Source: Candidatus Thorarchaeota archaeon (GTDB taxonomy: Archaea; Asgardarchaeota; Thorarchaeia; Thorarchaeales; Thorarchaeaceae). From it: a stretch of 45,875 nucleotides of DNA. Of this stretch, positions 1 to 8,585 are shown piece by piece; the stretch's first letter is position 1, and each line of letters opens with the position of its first letter. The stretch covers positions 18,473-64,347 of the forward strand of contig JBHLRP010000016.1 in the NCBI GenBank assembly GCA_048882485.1. Reading direction: 5' to 3'. A program made the position numbers and the translations under genes. Under the pieces are notes generated by a model that searched no databases, was not told the DNA's origin, and saw only the letters and a list, made by a program, of their open reading frames with translations.

Positions 1-1160
1 GCAACACGCTCAGCTCTCTCGAACATGACATAGTAGAGCGTTGTGAAGATTGCTACCAGCGGGAAGGCCAGCAGCTTAGCGATATCTCTGAAGAGGAATG
101 TTTCATAGACAGTTCCTGGACCAGTCCAGTCAAACCATTCTGCGAGGATTGTTGCTCCTGAGTTGGAAACTGCGATAATGCTGTCAACGAAGAAGAACCC
201 GCTCGCTAGGAAGAATGTAAACAGAGGACCGAAATCCCGTGTCCTCATTCTTGTTTCTTCAACACCCTCTGTCACAGTGCGTCCAATGCCGCTCATAGCA
301 TAAAGCAGGAAGAACAGAGACATCGCGACATCAACGACACTCATTGTGGGAGCTCCGGTTCTTCGCATTACATTGACAAAGAAGTAGCCTGAGTATATTC
401 CAATGAAAATCGTCATGAGTGCGACATTCAAAGCTGCACCCTTCCCTGCATACCTAAAGAATGCCAAGAGGGACACCAAAGCAAACAATCCAAGGAGTCC
501 TGCTGCCACCCAAATCAGGATTCCGTGTATTTGTAGATTGGATACAGCTTGTGGAAAGATCGCAGTTATTGCATCACCCAGACCAAACATATTCGCTGGT
601 ATCAAGAAGAGAACTGCTAGAATCATAGCTCCTATGATTCCGAGTCCGATGATCAATAGAAGGAAACTTCCAATGCCAACTCCAATTCCGCCCTTCTTTG
701 GCTCTGCGATGGTGGCTAGGCGCAAACTGGTTCTTGATGACAAATAAGCTTGGAAAGCAATCCAACCAACCCAACAGAACATGGCGAAGAACAGCAGGGC
801 AGTTTCTCCAAAGAAAATTGACAGGAAAACTGATATCGCAAATGAAACAGCTAGCCAGGCAACGCCCTTTAGCTCTGTCACGCGTCCTCGCCCTCTTCGT
901 GTTATCCATAGCCTATCAGCGCCTACCCCAATAAGCAGAGTCCCAAAAGCGAAATAGATGGTACCTGTAGCACCAATGTATAGGAAGAAGTTCGCCAAGA
1001 TTTCCTCGATGCTTGTACCGGGATAGAGCGTCATTAGCCATGTCACGAGGTAGCCCAGGAAGGTTGTGAACACAAAGATGATCAAATAAGCAACGTATCT
1101 TCGAGTCTTAAAGAAGACCTTCAGACCTTCAACAATTCCAGATAGAATCGGGATTCCCAT
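1..1160 (-). CDS. Polytopic membrane protein of unknown function (runs off the left edge, >386 aa)
   Basis: Not in the ORF track because there is no stop in the window. ATG at 1160 is preceded by GGGAGG. Translates as MGIPILSGIVEGLKVFFKTRRYVAYLIIFVFTTFLGYLVTW...TTLYYVMFERAERV with roughly 10 hydrophobic helices. Confidence 0.85.
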   Translation of the reverse strand, partial: MGIPILSGIVEGLKVFFKTRRYVAYLIIFVFTTFLGYLVTWLMTLYPGTSIEEILANFFLYIGATGTIYFAFGTLLIGVGADRLWITRRGRGRVTELKGVAWLAVSFAISVFLSIFFGETALLFFAMFCWVGWIAFQAYLSSRTSLRLATIAEPKKGGIGVGIGSFLLLIIGLGIIGAMILAVLFLIPANMFGLGDAITAIFPQAVSNLQIHGILIWVAAGLLGLFALVSLLAFFRYAGKGAALNVALMTIFIGIYSGYFFVNVMRRTGAPTMSVVDVAMSLFFLLYAMSGIGRTVTEGVEETRMRTRDFGPLFTFFLASGFFFVDSIIAVSNSGATILAEWFDWTGPGTVYETFLFRDIAKLLAFPLVAIFTTLYYVMFERAERV

Positions 1161-1346
1161 ACCAATCCTCCCTTATACCGCAACGGAGGGCTAACCCTGA
1201 TTTTAAGGTTTGCACGCATCTACTCTACAAAGACTCCTATGCCATTTTCCCACCTGTTTCTTGCTCGAATTTGATTATCTTCTCACAGATGATTAAGTTT
1301 CAAAATGTATCTAATTAGCTAAAACTCATTACCACAGTAGAAGGGC

Positions 1347-1352
1347 TTAATA
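1347..1352 (+). promoter_or_regulatory. Putative TATA box (TTAATA) for the candidate ncRNA
   Basis: Lies ~22-24 nt upstream of the first base of the long stem at 1374-1376, which is typical archaeal spacing. Confidence 0.45.
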
Positions 1353-1373
1353 GGTTGCATATCGTGTAGGTAA

Positions 1374-1475
1374 TATGTGGTCAGGCAGCCAGTAGGGCCT
1401 AGTTTTCGTAACATGCCCTCATAACATAACTCCCCCCCTCCTACCACATAAGTCCTGCTGGCTCTGGCCACACCT
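1374..1475 (+). ncRNA. Candidate ~100-nt structured non-coding RNA (terminal stem plus C/U-rich loop)
   Basis: 5' UGUGGUCAG-gc-AGCCAGUAGGGC (1376-1398) pairs with GUCCUGCUGGCU-CUGGCCACA (1452-1472). This gives 21 bp, and all three non-Watson-Crick pairs are G-U on the + strand. The loop contains CUCCCCCCCUCCU. No ORF. Confidence 0.55.
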
Positions 1476-1478
1476 CAT
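1454..1478 (+). repeat. 25-bp direct repeat, copy 1
   Basis: CCTGCTGGCTCTGGCCACACCTCAT; 24/25 identical to 3394-3418. Confidence 0.9.
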
Positions 1479-1564
1479 TCTGTGTCTGAGCTACATGTAC
1501 TGTAGAGTATGAGAGAGTTTATTACATTTCAATCCCAAAAGCGTATAGGGATGGTGAGTCGTAA

Positions 1565-3388
1565 TTGAGGAGGTGGTTTTGCCTTGTTGCCTTGATAGGG
1601 TTGATGATCGTATTGCAGCCCCAGGCAATGCAAATCCATGCAGGTCAGATTGTTTGTTCTAGTGATGACACATTCAGTCCCTATTGGATTCATTACTCCT
1701 CATTTTTCGGAGGCAACGAATCCGAGTGGAATCCCAATATTGCAAGAGATTCCGAAGGATACGTGTATCTAGCTTTTTCAACTACTTCTCATGATTTGCC
1801 ATGTGTCAATGCATACCATTACGGGATGTACGATAACTTGGAATCGTACGACTCAGACATTTTCATAGCTAAAATGGATATAACCTCGAATGAGTTGATT
1901 TATGGAACCTACATTGGGGGAGAGAAGGGCGAGTGGGTTTTCGATCTAGCTGTTGATGAAGATGGTTGCGCTTACATTACAGGTGGCACATATTCAACGG
2001 ACTTTCCTTCAACACATGGTGATTACAATCAAGGGTATTTTGATGCCTTTTATCTGAAACTTGATTCGACTGGAAGTAAATTGAATTTCTCACGTGTATT
2101 TGGTGGCGAATTTGCTGAGAGCGGATATTCAATCCATATCATAAACAGCTCATACTCGTGCCTAGCTGGTTACACAGCATCAAATGGATTCCCAACGAGT
2201 AATGGCGTTGATTACAACAGTCCAGACGATGGGGACGTCTTTATCTCTAGTTTCAATTCAAAAGGGGAAATCCTCAATGCAAGTGTGTTCGGAGGAATTG
2301 GTCAGGACGAACCAGTGGACTTGGTATACTCCTCCTCAGGGGAGTTCTATCTCCTAGCATCCATTGCTTCAGATGAAATTGCTGGCACACAAGTTGAGCA
2401 AGGTTGGAACTTGGTTCGGATAGATTCGCATTTGTCGGAAATAGTGGATTCTCATTCCTTCAATTTGGAAAGTTATACAGTTTACAATGACATGGCTATG
2501 GATTCAAATAATTCAGTTTACGCGGTGGGATGGACAGATATACTTGACCATCGCAATGGCATCGAAGACTATCAATCAGAGATGGTCATAGCTAAATTTG
2601 ATGGACTCAGCTCAACTATAACGTCACAACTCATAGGTGGAAGCGGCAATGACCGTGCACTAGCTATGGATATAGACAGCAGTGGAAATCTATACATTGA
2701 AGGCTGGACTGGTTCACAAGATTTTCCAATACTCAGAGGCTACAATTATGATATACAGGTTGGTGAACCATCAATTGTGGCATTCATTTTGAGTCCTAGC
2801 AATCACATGCTTTTCTCATCCTACCTAGGAACTCATGGAACGCAGGCTCGAATTGTTTGTGATGATTCCGGAGGTTTTCTAGTAAATTTCGCAACGGAAG
2901 GGTTTGACTTCCCACTGTATCATCCTTTCGATGAAACTCAGAAATTCACCGAGTGTCTAATAATGCATATCTCACCAACTATACCCCATTTCCCGAGTAT
3001 CTTCCCTCAGAGTGACATCGAGTTTAATGAAGGAGAAATAGGTCATGAAATCGAGTGGCATCCTGGAGCGCAATTTCCAGAGTCGTATCAAGTTGCGATG
3101 AATGGTGCTAATGTGCAAACTGGAGAATGGAACAACTCAGTGGAGAAGATTATTGCGAGCTTAGATAACCTTTCGAATGGCAGGTATGAATACAACCTCA
3201 GTGTCTGGGATGAGATTGGATTTAGTGCATCGGATTCGTTGGTGGTAGATGTTCTCCCTACACAGCCAACGAGCTCAAATCCTTGGGGAGATCCAGAAGC
3301 CATTTTGTACGGGACAATTCTTGCTGGAGGAGCAATCGTCAGCATTGCTGGAGTGGCAATCTATCTGAAGAGAGTGCGACAACATTAG
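1565..3388 (+). CDS. Membrane-anchored surface protein with SBBP-type beta-propeller repeats, a C-terminal Ig-like domain and a TM anchor
   Basis: Signal peptide; repeats DLAVDEDGCAYITG, DMAMDSNNSVYAVG and AMDIDSSGNLYIEG; Ig-like YEYNLSVWDEIG..SDSLVVDV; C-terminal TM followed by KRVR. TTG start after GGTGAG. Confidence 0.85.
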   Translation: MRRWFCLVALIGLMIVLQPQAMQIHAGQIVCSSDDTFSPYWIHYSSFFGGNESEWNPNIARDSEGYVYLAFSTTSHDLPCVNAYHYGMYDNLESYDSDIFIAKMDITSNELIYGTYIGGEKGEWVFDLAVDEDGCAYITGGTYSTDFPSTHGDYNQGYFDAFYLKLDSTGSKLNFSRVFGGEFAESGYSIHIINSSYSCLAGYTASNGFPTSNGVDYNSPDDGDVFISSFNSKGEILNASVFGGIGQDEPVDLVYSSSGEFYLLASIASDEIAGTQVEQGWNLVRIDSHLSEIVDSHSFNLESYTVYNDMAMDSNNSVYAVGWTDILDHRNGIEDYQSEMVIAKFDGLSSTITSQLIGGSGNDRALAMDIDSSGNLYIEGWTGSQDFPILRGYNYDIQVGEPSIVAFILSPSNHMLFSSYLGTHGTQARIVCDDSGGFLVNFATEGFDFPLYHPFDETQKFTECLIMHISPTIPHFPSIFPQSDIEFNEGEIGHEIEWHPGAQFPESYQVAMNGANVQTGEWNNSVEKIIASLDNLSNGRYEYNLSVWDEIGFSASDSLVVDVLPTQPTSSNPWGDPEAILYGTILAGGAIVSIAGVAIYLKRVRQH

Positions 3389-3393
3389 AAAAA

Positions 3394-3418
3394 CCTGCTG
3401 GCCCTGGCCACACCTCAT
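3394..3418 (+). repeat. 25-bp direct repeat, copy 2
   Basis: CCTGCTGGCCCTGGCCACACCTCAT, 5 bp after the stop codon of 1565..3388. Confidence 0.9.
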
Positions 3419-3684
3419 CTATTCTTCACGACAAGATCGACCAAAGCAATCATTTCATGTTTTCATTCATTCATTCATACTTTTGGCCAAGTCAACGAGA
3501 AATCGCTGACTCTTGTCCCGCGTTTTTGTGGCTGAACAAGGCACATCAGTTGATCCAGCATGAACTTGGTTTCCTGCGACGGCTTGCTGGATGTTTGCTT
3601 TCGAACAGAATCAGAGGATAGTGTAATCAGAAACACAACGAAAAGCGATGCAGCATATTAAAATAGGACAATTCCCATAGAGGG

Positions 3685-3763
3685 CGGCTATGCAGCGTGC
3701 TGCAGAGAGTGTATACTATATTCGCGGGGTTCGCCCGCGGAGAAATTGCCACTACTGCAGCTG
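3685..3763 (+). promoter_or_regulatory. Candidate structured 5' leader of the ABC transporter operon
   Basis: TATTAAAA at ~3656-3663. Hairpin TTCGCGGG-GTTCG-CCCGCGGA at 3721-3741, enclosed by possible CGGC/GCTG, TGCAG/CTGCA and GTG/CAC pairings. RBS AGGAGA at ~3769. Confidence 0.4.
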
Positions 3764-3783
3764 AAATTAGGAGAGAGAATTGA

Positions 3784-5196
3784 ATGGAAACTAGACAAAT
3801 AGTCGCCGTTGTTCTCATCATCGTTATCGTTGCAGGTGTGGGCGTTGGATTATTCCTATTTATGCCGGCTGCTCCATATGGTGCTGTCGTGGTAGGACAA
3901 TTGGTTACTCCTGGCGCCCCGGCTGGAACATCAAGCGATCGAATCATCATTGTGGGAATCCTAGACCCCATGACTGAGATTCAGGGTGAGGGAGCGTGGA
4001 GAGGGGCCTATTTGGCCTGCGACGAAATAAACTCTGCGGGCGGAGTGGATGTTGCCGGCGAAACGTACTATTTTGGGCTTGTATCAGAAGATACGTTTGA
4101 AGCCGACGCCAGTCTTGATATATCTAAAGGAACCGCTGCCGCGACGAAAATCATCACGGAAGATGGTGCACAGTTTATCATCGGTGGGTTCAGAACTGAA
4201 GCGGTTCTGGCATACCTTGAAACTGTAATGGATGAGGAGATGCTCTTCTTTGGCACAGGCGCATCTACTGATGTATTCTGCGAGAAGGTATCGGGCGGCA
4301 CATGGCCCAGTGGTACTGTATCCAATTATGACCGATACAAGTACTGGTTCCGGACTATGCCAATAAACTCAACCTCTTTGGCATCGTCTTTGCTAAGGTA
4401 TATTCTATACTTGGATGGGTACCTGACTGCAGTAACTTCCCAGAATATAACCAAGGTGGCGGTTATTCGTGAGGCTCTTGATTGGACTGCAGGGATGAGT
4501 GCGTTTCTAGAGGGCTATTTACCATTATACAACCTCACTGTGGTGGAAAACATTGCATTCCCGATTGATGCTGAGGCAGCCGACTTTGCCACGTACTGGC
4601 AGCAGATTGATGATGCGGGCGCACAAATAACGATTCCAGTCATCTCTGCGCAGGGTGGAATTCTAATGACTACCCAGTACGCGCAAGTTCAGCCGAAATG
4701 CGTCCTTGCAGGTATTGATGTCATGGGACAACTTGATACCTACTGGAATGAAACTGGAGGCGCATGTCAGTATGAAGTCCTACTGCAATCAACCCTCCGT
4801 ACTGCAAAGACAACGAAGACAATTCCATTCTGGGATGCCTTTCTTGACAATTACGGTGGCGACCCACTCTATACTGCTGTGGGGAGCTATGATTCCATGT
4901 ATCTTCTGAAGGCAGGCATTGAAGGTGCCGACTCGTTGGTCTCAGCAGACATTGTGCCAATCCTTGAAGGGTTTGATACTGATACCCCCTTCACTGCTGC
5001 AGGTGGAAATCTTGCATTCACTCACACCCATGACCTGTTTGAGGGTTACATTGGTGACCAGATTTACAGCGTGACATTGTTCACTCAGTGGCAGGCGAAT
5101 GGGTATAAGGAGTGCGTTTCAACTGGAGGACTCGTTTATCCAGATGACATTGTGACAGCCACGTTGTCACTCCCACCATGGGGCATAAATCCGTAG
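3784..5196 (+). CDS. ABC transporter substrate-binding protein, LivK/type I periplasmic binding fold, N-terminal membrane anchor
   Basis: GAYLACDEINSAGGV, IIGGFRTEA and YWFRT motifs; first gene of a livHMGF-like operon. Confidence 0.9.
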   Translation: METRQIVAVVLIIVIVAGVGVGLFLFMPAAPYGAVVVGQLVTPGAPAGTSSDRIIIVGILDPMTEIQGEGAWRGAYLACDEINSAGGVDVAGETYYFGLVSEDTFEADASLDISKGTAAATKIITEDGAQFIIGGFRTEAVLAYLETVMDEEMLFFGTGASTDVFCEKVSGGTWPSGTVSNYDRYKYWFRTMPINSTSLASSLLRYILYLDGYLTAVTSQNITKVAVIREALDWTAGMSAFLEGYLPLYNLTVVENIAFPIDAEAADFATYWQQIDDAGAQITIPVISAQGGILMTTQYAQVQPKCVLAGIDVMGQLDTYWNETGGACQYEVLLQSTLRTAKTTKTIPFWDAFLDNYGGDPLYTAVGSYDSMYLLKAGIEGADSLVSADIVPILEGFDTDTPFTAAGGNLAFTHTHDLFEGYIGDQIYSVTLFTQWQANGYKECVSTGGLVYPDDIVTATLSLPPWGINP

Positions 5197-5229
5197 AACA
5201 GGCAAAGACAGAAAGCAAGTGACCAAAAC

Positions 5230-5268
5230 TCCCCCCTTCTTTTTATAGGGGGGATGTTTCTTCTTTTG
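5230..5268 (+). terminator. Intercistronic hairpin plus U-rich tract after the binding-protein gene
   Basis: TCCCCCCT-(9 nt)-AGGGGGGA followed by TGTTTCTTCTTTTG. Confidence 0.55.
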
Positions 5269-5310
5269 AAAGAACTCCTGGGCACTTGATGCGATATAAG
5301 GTGATATGAT

Positions 5311-6162
5311 ATGATTGAGGAAATATTGATCTTTGGTACAGTACAAGGAGCTCTCCTGGCTCTTCTTGCATTGGGTTTTTCTCTAGTATACGGAGTCGGC
5401 GGCATCCTAAACCTGGCCCATGGTGCATTCTTCCTATTAACAGCGTACATAATCTATTGGACTGTTCCCATCTTCGGGTTCTGGATAGCTGCGATAGTTG
5501 CTGTGGGGCTAGTCGTAGTGGTAGCTGCAGTTACATATTTGGGTCTCATGAAGCCCCTTCAAGAGTCGCACATTGGTATAGTATTGGTTACATTTGCGAT
5601 GGCATTCTTTTTCGAGCAATTTGTGAAATTCGTTGGAGACCCAAGGACGCACTATATTGTGCCTCCAGTACCAGGTACTGTCGAGTTCCTTGGGATCAAT
5701 TTTCCAGCTCAGCTTCTTGCACTGATGATTGGATCCGTGATTCTTGTCACATTGGTGACTCTATTCATCAACAAATCGACAATTGGTAAATCGATCCGTG
5801 CAGTGTCTCAAGATATGGAAGCAGCCCAGCTCATGGGAATTAACACCGACATGGTGTTAATGACAAGTGTTATGATATCGGCATTGCTTGTAGGGGTTGC
5901 CGCTGTCTTGTACGCCCCGGGCAACTTTATTGCACCAAGAATCGGATGGGGCTATCTGTTGCTTGCATTTGCAGTAACAATCTTTGGCGGGATGGGAAGC
6001 ATTCCTGGAAGCATACTTGGAGCATTCATCTTCGGATATGCAACATCCTTCACAGACTATCTCATTAGCCCGACCTTCTCACAGATAATCCCCCTTATTG
6101 TGATACTCATTATGCTTCTAGTCAGGCCGCAAGGACTACTCGGCAAGAAGGAGTTGCTTTGA
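5311..6162 (+). CDS. livH: Branched-chain amino acid-type ABC permease
   Basis: LALGFSLVYGVGGILNLAHG, GKSIRAVSQD.EAAQLMGIN and LLVRPQGLLG motifs. Confidence 0.92.
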   Translation: MIEEILIFGTVQGALLALLALGFSLVYGVGGILNLAHGAFFLLTAYIIYWTVPIFGFWIAAIVAVGLVVVVAAVTYLGLMKPLQESHIGIVLVTFAMAFFFEQFVKFVGDPRTHYIVPPVPGTVEFLGINFPAQLLALMIGSVILVTLVTLFINKSTIGKSIRAVSQDMEAAQLMGINTDMVLMTSVMISALLVGVAAVLYAPGNFIAPRIGWGYLLLAFAVTIFGGMGSIPGSILGAFIFGYATSFTDYLISPTFSQIIPLIVILIMLLVRPQGLLGKKELL

Positions 6163-6165
6163 TTG

Positions 6166-7146
6166 ATGGAGAATCTTCAAATTGAACTGCAATCTCTAAC
6201 AAGCAGGTTTAGAGTTTGGGCGTTTACGTTTAGGGGAGGATTAACGCTATTCTGCCTCCTAGGGCTCTTGCTTGTTCCAATAACAGGAAACGAGTATCTA
6301 ACTACTATTGTAATCACTTCCATGATACTCTCGATCTTTGCCGCGAGCTGGGATCTTTTAGCTGGTTTTGCCGGACAGGTGAGCTTCGGACATTCTGCAT
6401 TCTTCGGAATTTCGGGCTATGTGACTGCCGCTTTTGTCAAATTCTTTGGGTTTCACTGGATAATCGCCCTCATAGCTGGAGCTGCAATGGCAGTGCTATT
6501 CAGTCTTCTAATTGGAATTCCCTGCCTTAGGTTGAAAGGTCCATATCTTGCTCTTGGAACTTTGGCCTTCAGTCTTATTCTCTATCAATTATTCTTGACA
6601 GGAACATGGCTTGGGGGGACTGAAGGCATATCAGGATTGCCTTCAGCGGATGACGCATTTTTGGTCTTCTATGCAATAGCCGCATTCATGATAGTTACAC
6701 TGGTTGCAATGCGCTTCATTGTGGATTCAAGACTCGGGACAGTATTCAAAGCTATCCGAGATGATGAAATGAGTGCGGATGCATCAGGAATCAACACCAC
6801 TTACTACAAGCTATATGCATTTATGATCAGTGGATTTTTCGCTGGAGTTGCAGGTGCCCTATTTGTGTTGGATACAACGGCGGTCAATCCTGCAGTCTAT
6901 CAACCCCTCTACTCATTCTACTCGATTATCATGGCATCCATCGGGGGCATTGCAACTATCTATGGTTCAATCATTGGCGCATTCCTCTTCATAATTCTAA
7001 GCGAACTACTCAGACCCCTAGCGGCAGCATCGCTGCTGATTTTCGCTACGCTTCTAATCTTGATCGTACGGTTTGCCGAGGAAGGTGTGATGAATCCAGT
7101 ACTTGAGAGAGTACAAGAGCTCTATGACAAAATAAGGGGGATGTGA
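6166..7146 (+). CDS. livM: Branched-chain amino acid-type ABC permease
   Basis: [30 protein letters not shown] and AIRDDE..A...GIN motifs. Confidence 0.92.
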   Translation: MENLQIELQSLTSRFRVWAFTFRGGLTLFCLLGLLLVPITGNEYLTTIVITSMILSIFAASWDLLAGFAGQVSFGHSAFFGISGYVTAAFVKFFGFHWIIALIAGAAMAVLFSLLIGIPCLRLKGPYLALGTLAFSLILYQLFLTGTWLGGTEGISGLPSADDAFLVFYAIAAFMIVTLVAMRFIVDSRLGTVFKAIRDDEMSADASGINTTYYKLYAFMISGFFAGVAGALFVLDTTAVNPAVYQPLYSFYSIIMASIGGIATIYGSIIGAFLFIILSELLRPLAAASLLIFATLLILIVRFAEEGVMNPVLERVQELYDKIRGM

Positions 7147-7147
7147 T

Positions 7148-7888
7148 ATGGGACTGATTTTGGATGTAAGGAATCTTACCAAGAAATTCGGGGGACTGAC
7201 AGCTGTCAATGACGTCAATTTCGAGGTACGTAGAGGCGAGATGCTGGGATTGATTGGACCCAATGGAGCGGGTAAAACAACGCTATTTCAGCTTATCACA
7301 GGATTCGAGAAGCCCAACTCTGGATCTATCCAATTTGATGGAGTGAATATTACGGGAAAGAAACCACATCAGATTGTCAATCTGGGCATGGCACGGACCT
7401 TTCAGCTAGTTAGGTCATTTCGCTTTCTGAGTCTTCTTGATAATGTATCAGTTTCTTGTCTATCACCAAGAGGAAAAGACGCATTCGAATCTTCAGGAAT
7501 AGATGAAGCCGCCAGTTCAATTCTATCTTCTGTCGGGCTGATGGATAAAGCAAGATTGCCGCCAGTCATTCTGCCACATGGTGATTTGCGGAAACTTGGG
7601 ATTGCGAAAGCGCTGGGAACTAATCCAGAGATGCTTCTTCTTGATGAGCCATTTAGTGGGCTTGCTCTTGAAGAAAAAGAGGCAATTACAGCTTTGATTA
7701 GGCGGCTAAGTGACGAGGGGGTCACGATTTTCCTTACAGGACATGTTCTGCGTGAACTAATGACTCTGGTCCCAAGAGTCATCGCAATGCATCAGGGAAG
7801 GTTGATAGCTGAAGGATCCCCCGAGGAAGTGGCTAGCAATAGAATAGTACTTGAGGCGTATCTTGGGCGAGGTGAGGACTTTGCTTGA
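7148..7888 (+). CDS. livG: ABC ATP-binding protein, LivG-like
   Basis: [10 protein letters not shown], Walker [20 protein letters not shown] and EAYLG motifs. Confidence 0.92.
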   Translation: MGLILDVRNLTKKFGGLTAVNDVNFEVRRGEMLGLIGPNGAGKTTLFQLITGFEKPNSGSIQFDGVNITGKKPHQIVNLGMARTFQLVRSFRFLSLLDNVSVSCLSPRGKDAFESSGIDEAASSILSSVGLMDKARLPPVILPHGDLRKLGIAKALGTNPEMLLLDEPFSGLALEEKEAITALIRRLSDEGVTIFLTGHVLRELMTLVPRVIAMHQGRLIAEGSPEEVASNRIVLEAYLGRGEDFA

Positions 7889-8585
7889 ACTTAGAAAGGT
7901 CTACCATTACTATGGCAAAGCCAAAGCTTTGGAAGAAGTGAGCCTCACAATAGAGGAGGGTTCTCTAGATGCAGTAATCGGTCCTAATGGTGCTGGCAAG
8001 TCTACACTCCTTAGAGCTATATCAGGGCTCGAGGAGATAGATAGAGGCAGAATATCATTTATGGGAGAGAGGATCGATGAGCTTGATGGCTATGAAATAG
8101 CCAGACGAGGAATATCTCATTGCCCAGAGCGCCGCAGATTATTCTATGACATGACTGTCATGGAGAACATTGAACTCGGAGCATATTCGCTTAAGGATAA
8201 GAATAAGTATTCCTCTCTTCTTGATTTCGTTTTTGATATCTTCCCGCGCTTGGATGAACGAAGAAAGCAACGCGCGGGTACACTCAGTGGTGGTGAACAG
8301 CAGATGCTTGCAATAGCACGTGCACTAATGTCCAATCCGAAAATGCTCTTGTTGGACGAGCCTTCACTGGGGCTTGCCCCGAAGATCAAATCGAGGATCT
8401 TTGAGGCGATTCTTGAAATCAAGAAGGAAGGAACAACTACTCTACTGGTTGAACAAGATGCTGTCCTAGCGATGGAGGTTGCAGATTACATCTATGTCCT
8501 TGAAGAAGGGAAAATTGAGATGAGCGGAACAAAGGAGCAGTTGGAAAGAGAGCCTCGAATCAAGAAGGTCTACTTGGGAATATAG
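7881..8585 (+). CDS. livF: ABC ATP-binding protein, LivF-like
   Basis: GPNGAGKS, FPRLDERRKQRAGTLSGGEQQMLAIARAL and LLVEQ motifs. The probable start is TTG 7881 after GGTGAGG (the track gives 7851). Confidence 0.92.
   Translation: MLELRKVYHYYGKAKALEEVSLTIEEGSLDAVIGPNGAGKSTLLRAISGLEEIDRGRISFMGERIDELDGYEIARRGISHCPERRRLFYDMTVMENIELGAYSLKDKNKYSSLLDFVFDIFPRLDERRKQRAGTLSGGEQQMLAIARALMSNPKMLLLDEPSLGLAPKIKSRIFEAILEIKKEGTTTLLVEQDAVLAMEVADYIYVLEEGKIEMSGTKEQLEREPRIKKVYLGI

Noticed and set aside
403-934. Short track ORFs 403..747, 574..909 and 698..934
   Set aside because: They are antisense or out-of-frame shadows of the membrane protein gene at 1..1160.
1376-1475. tRNA or H/ACA guide interpretation of the structured RNA (ends GUGGUCAG...CUGGCCAC-ACC; ACA near the 3' end)
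   Set aside because: No D, anticodon or T arms and no TTCRA motif; no clear K-turn or pseudouridylation pocket, and the ACA is base-paired.
3283-3621. 112-aa ORF and a (TTCA)4 microsatellite at ~3462-3478
   Set aside because: The ORF overlaps the SBBP gene, has no RBS and no recognisable motif; the repeat is too short to be meaningful.
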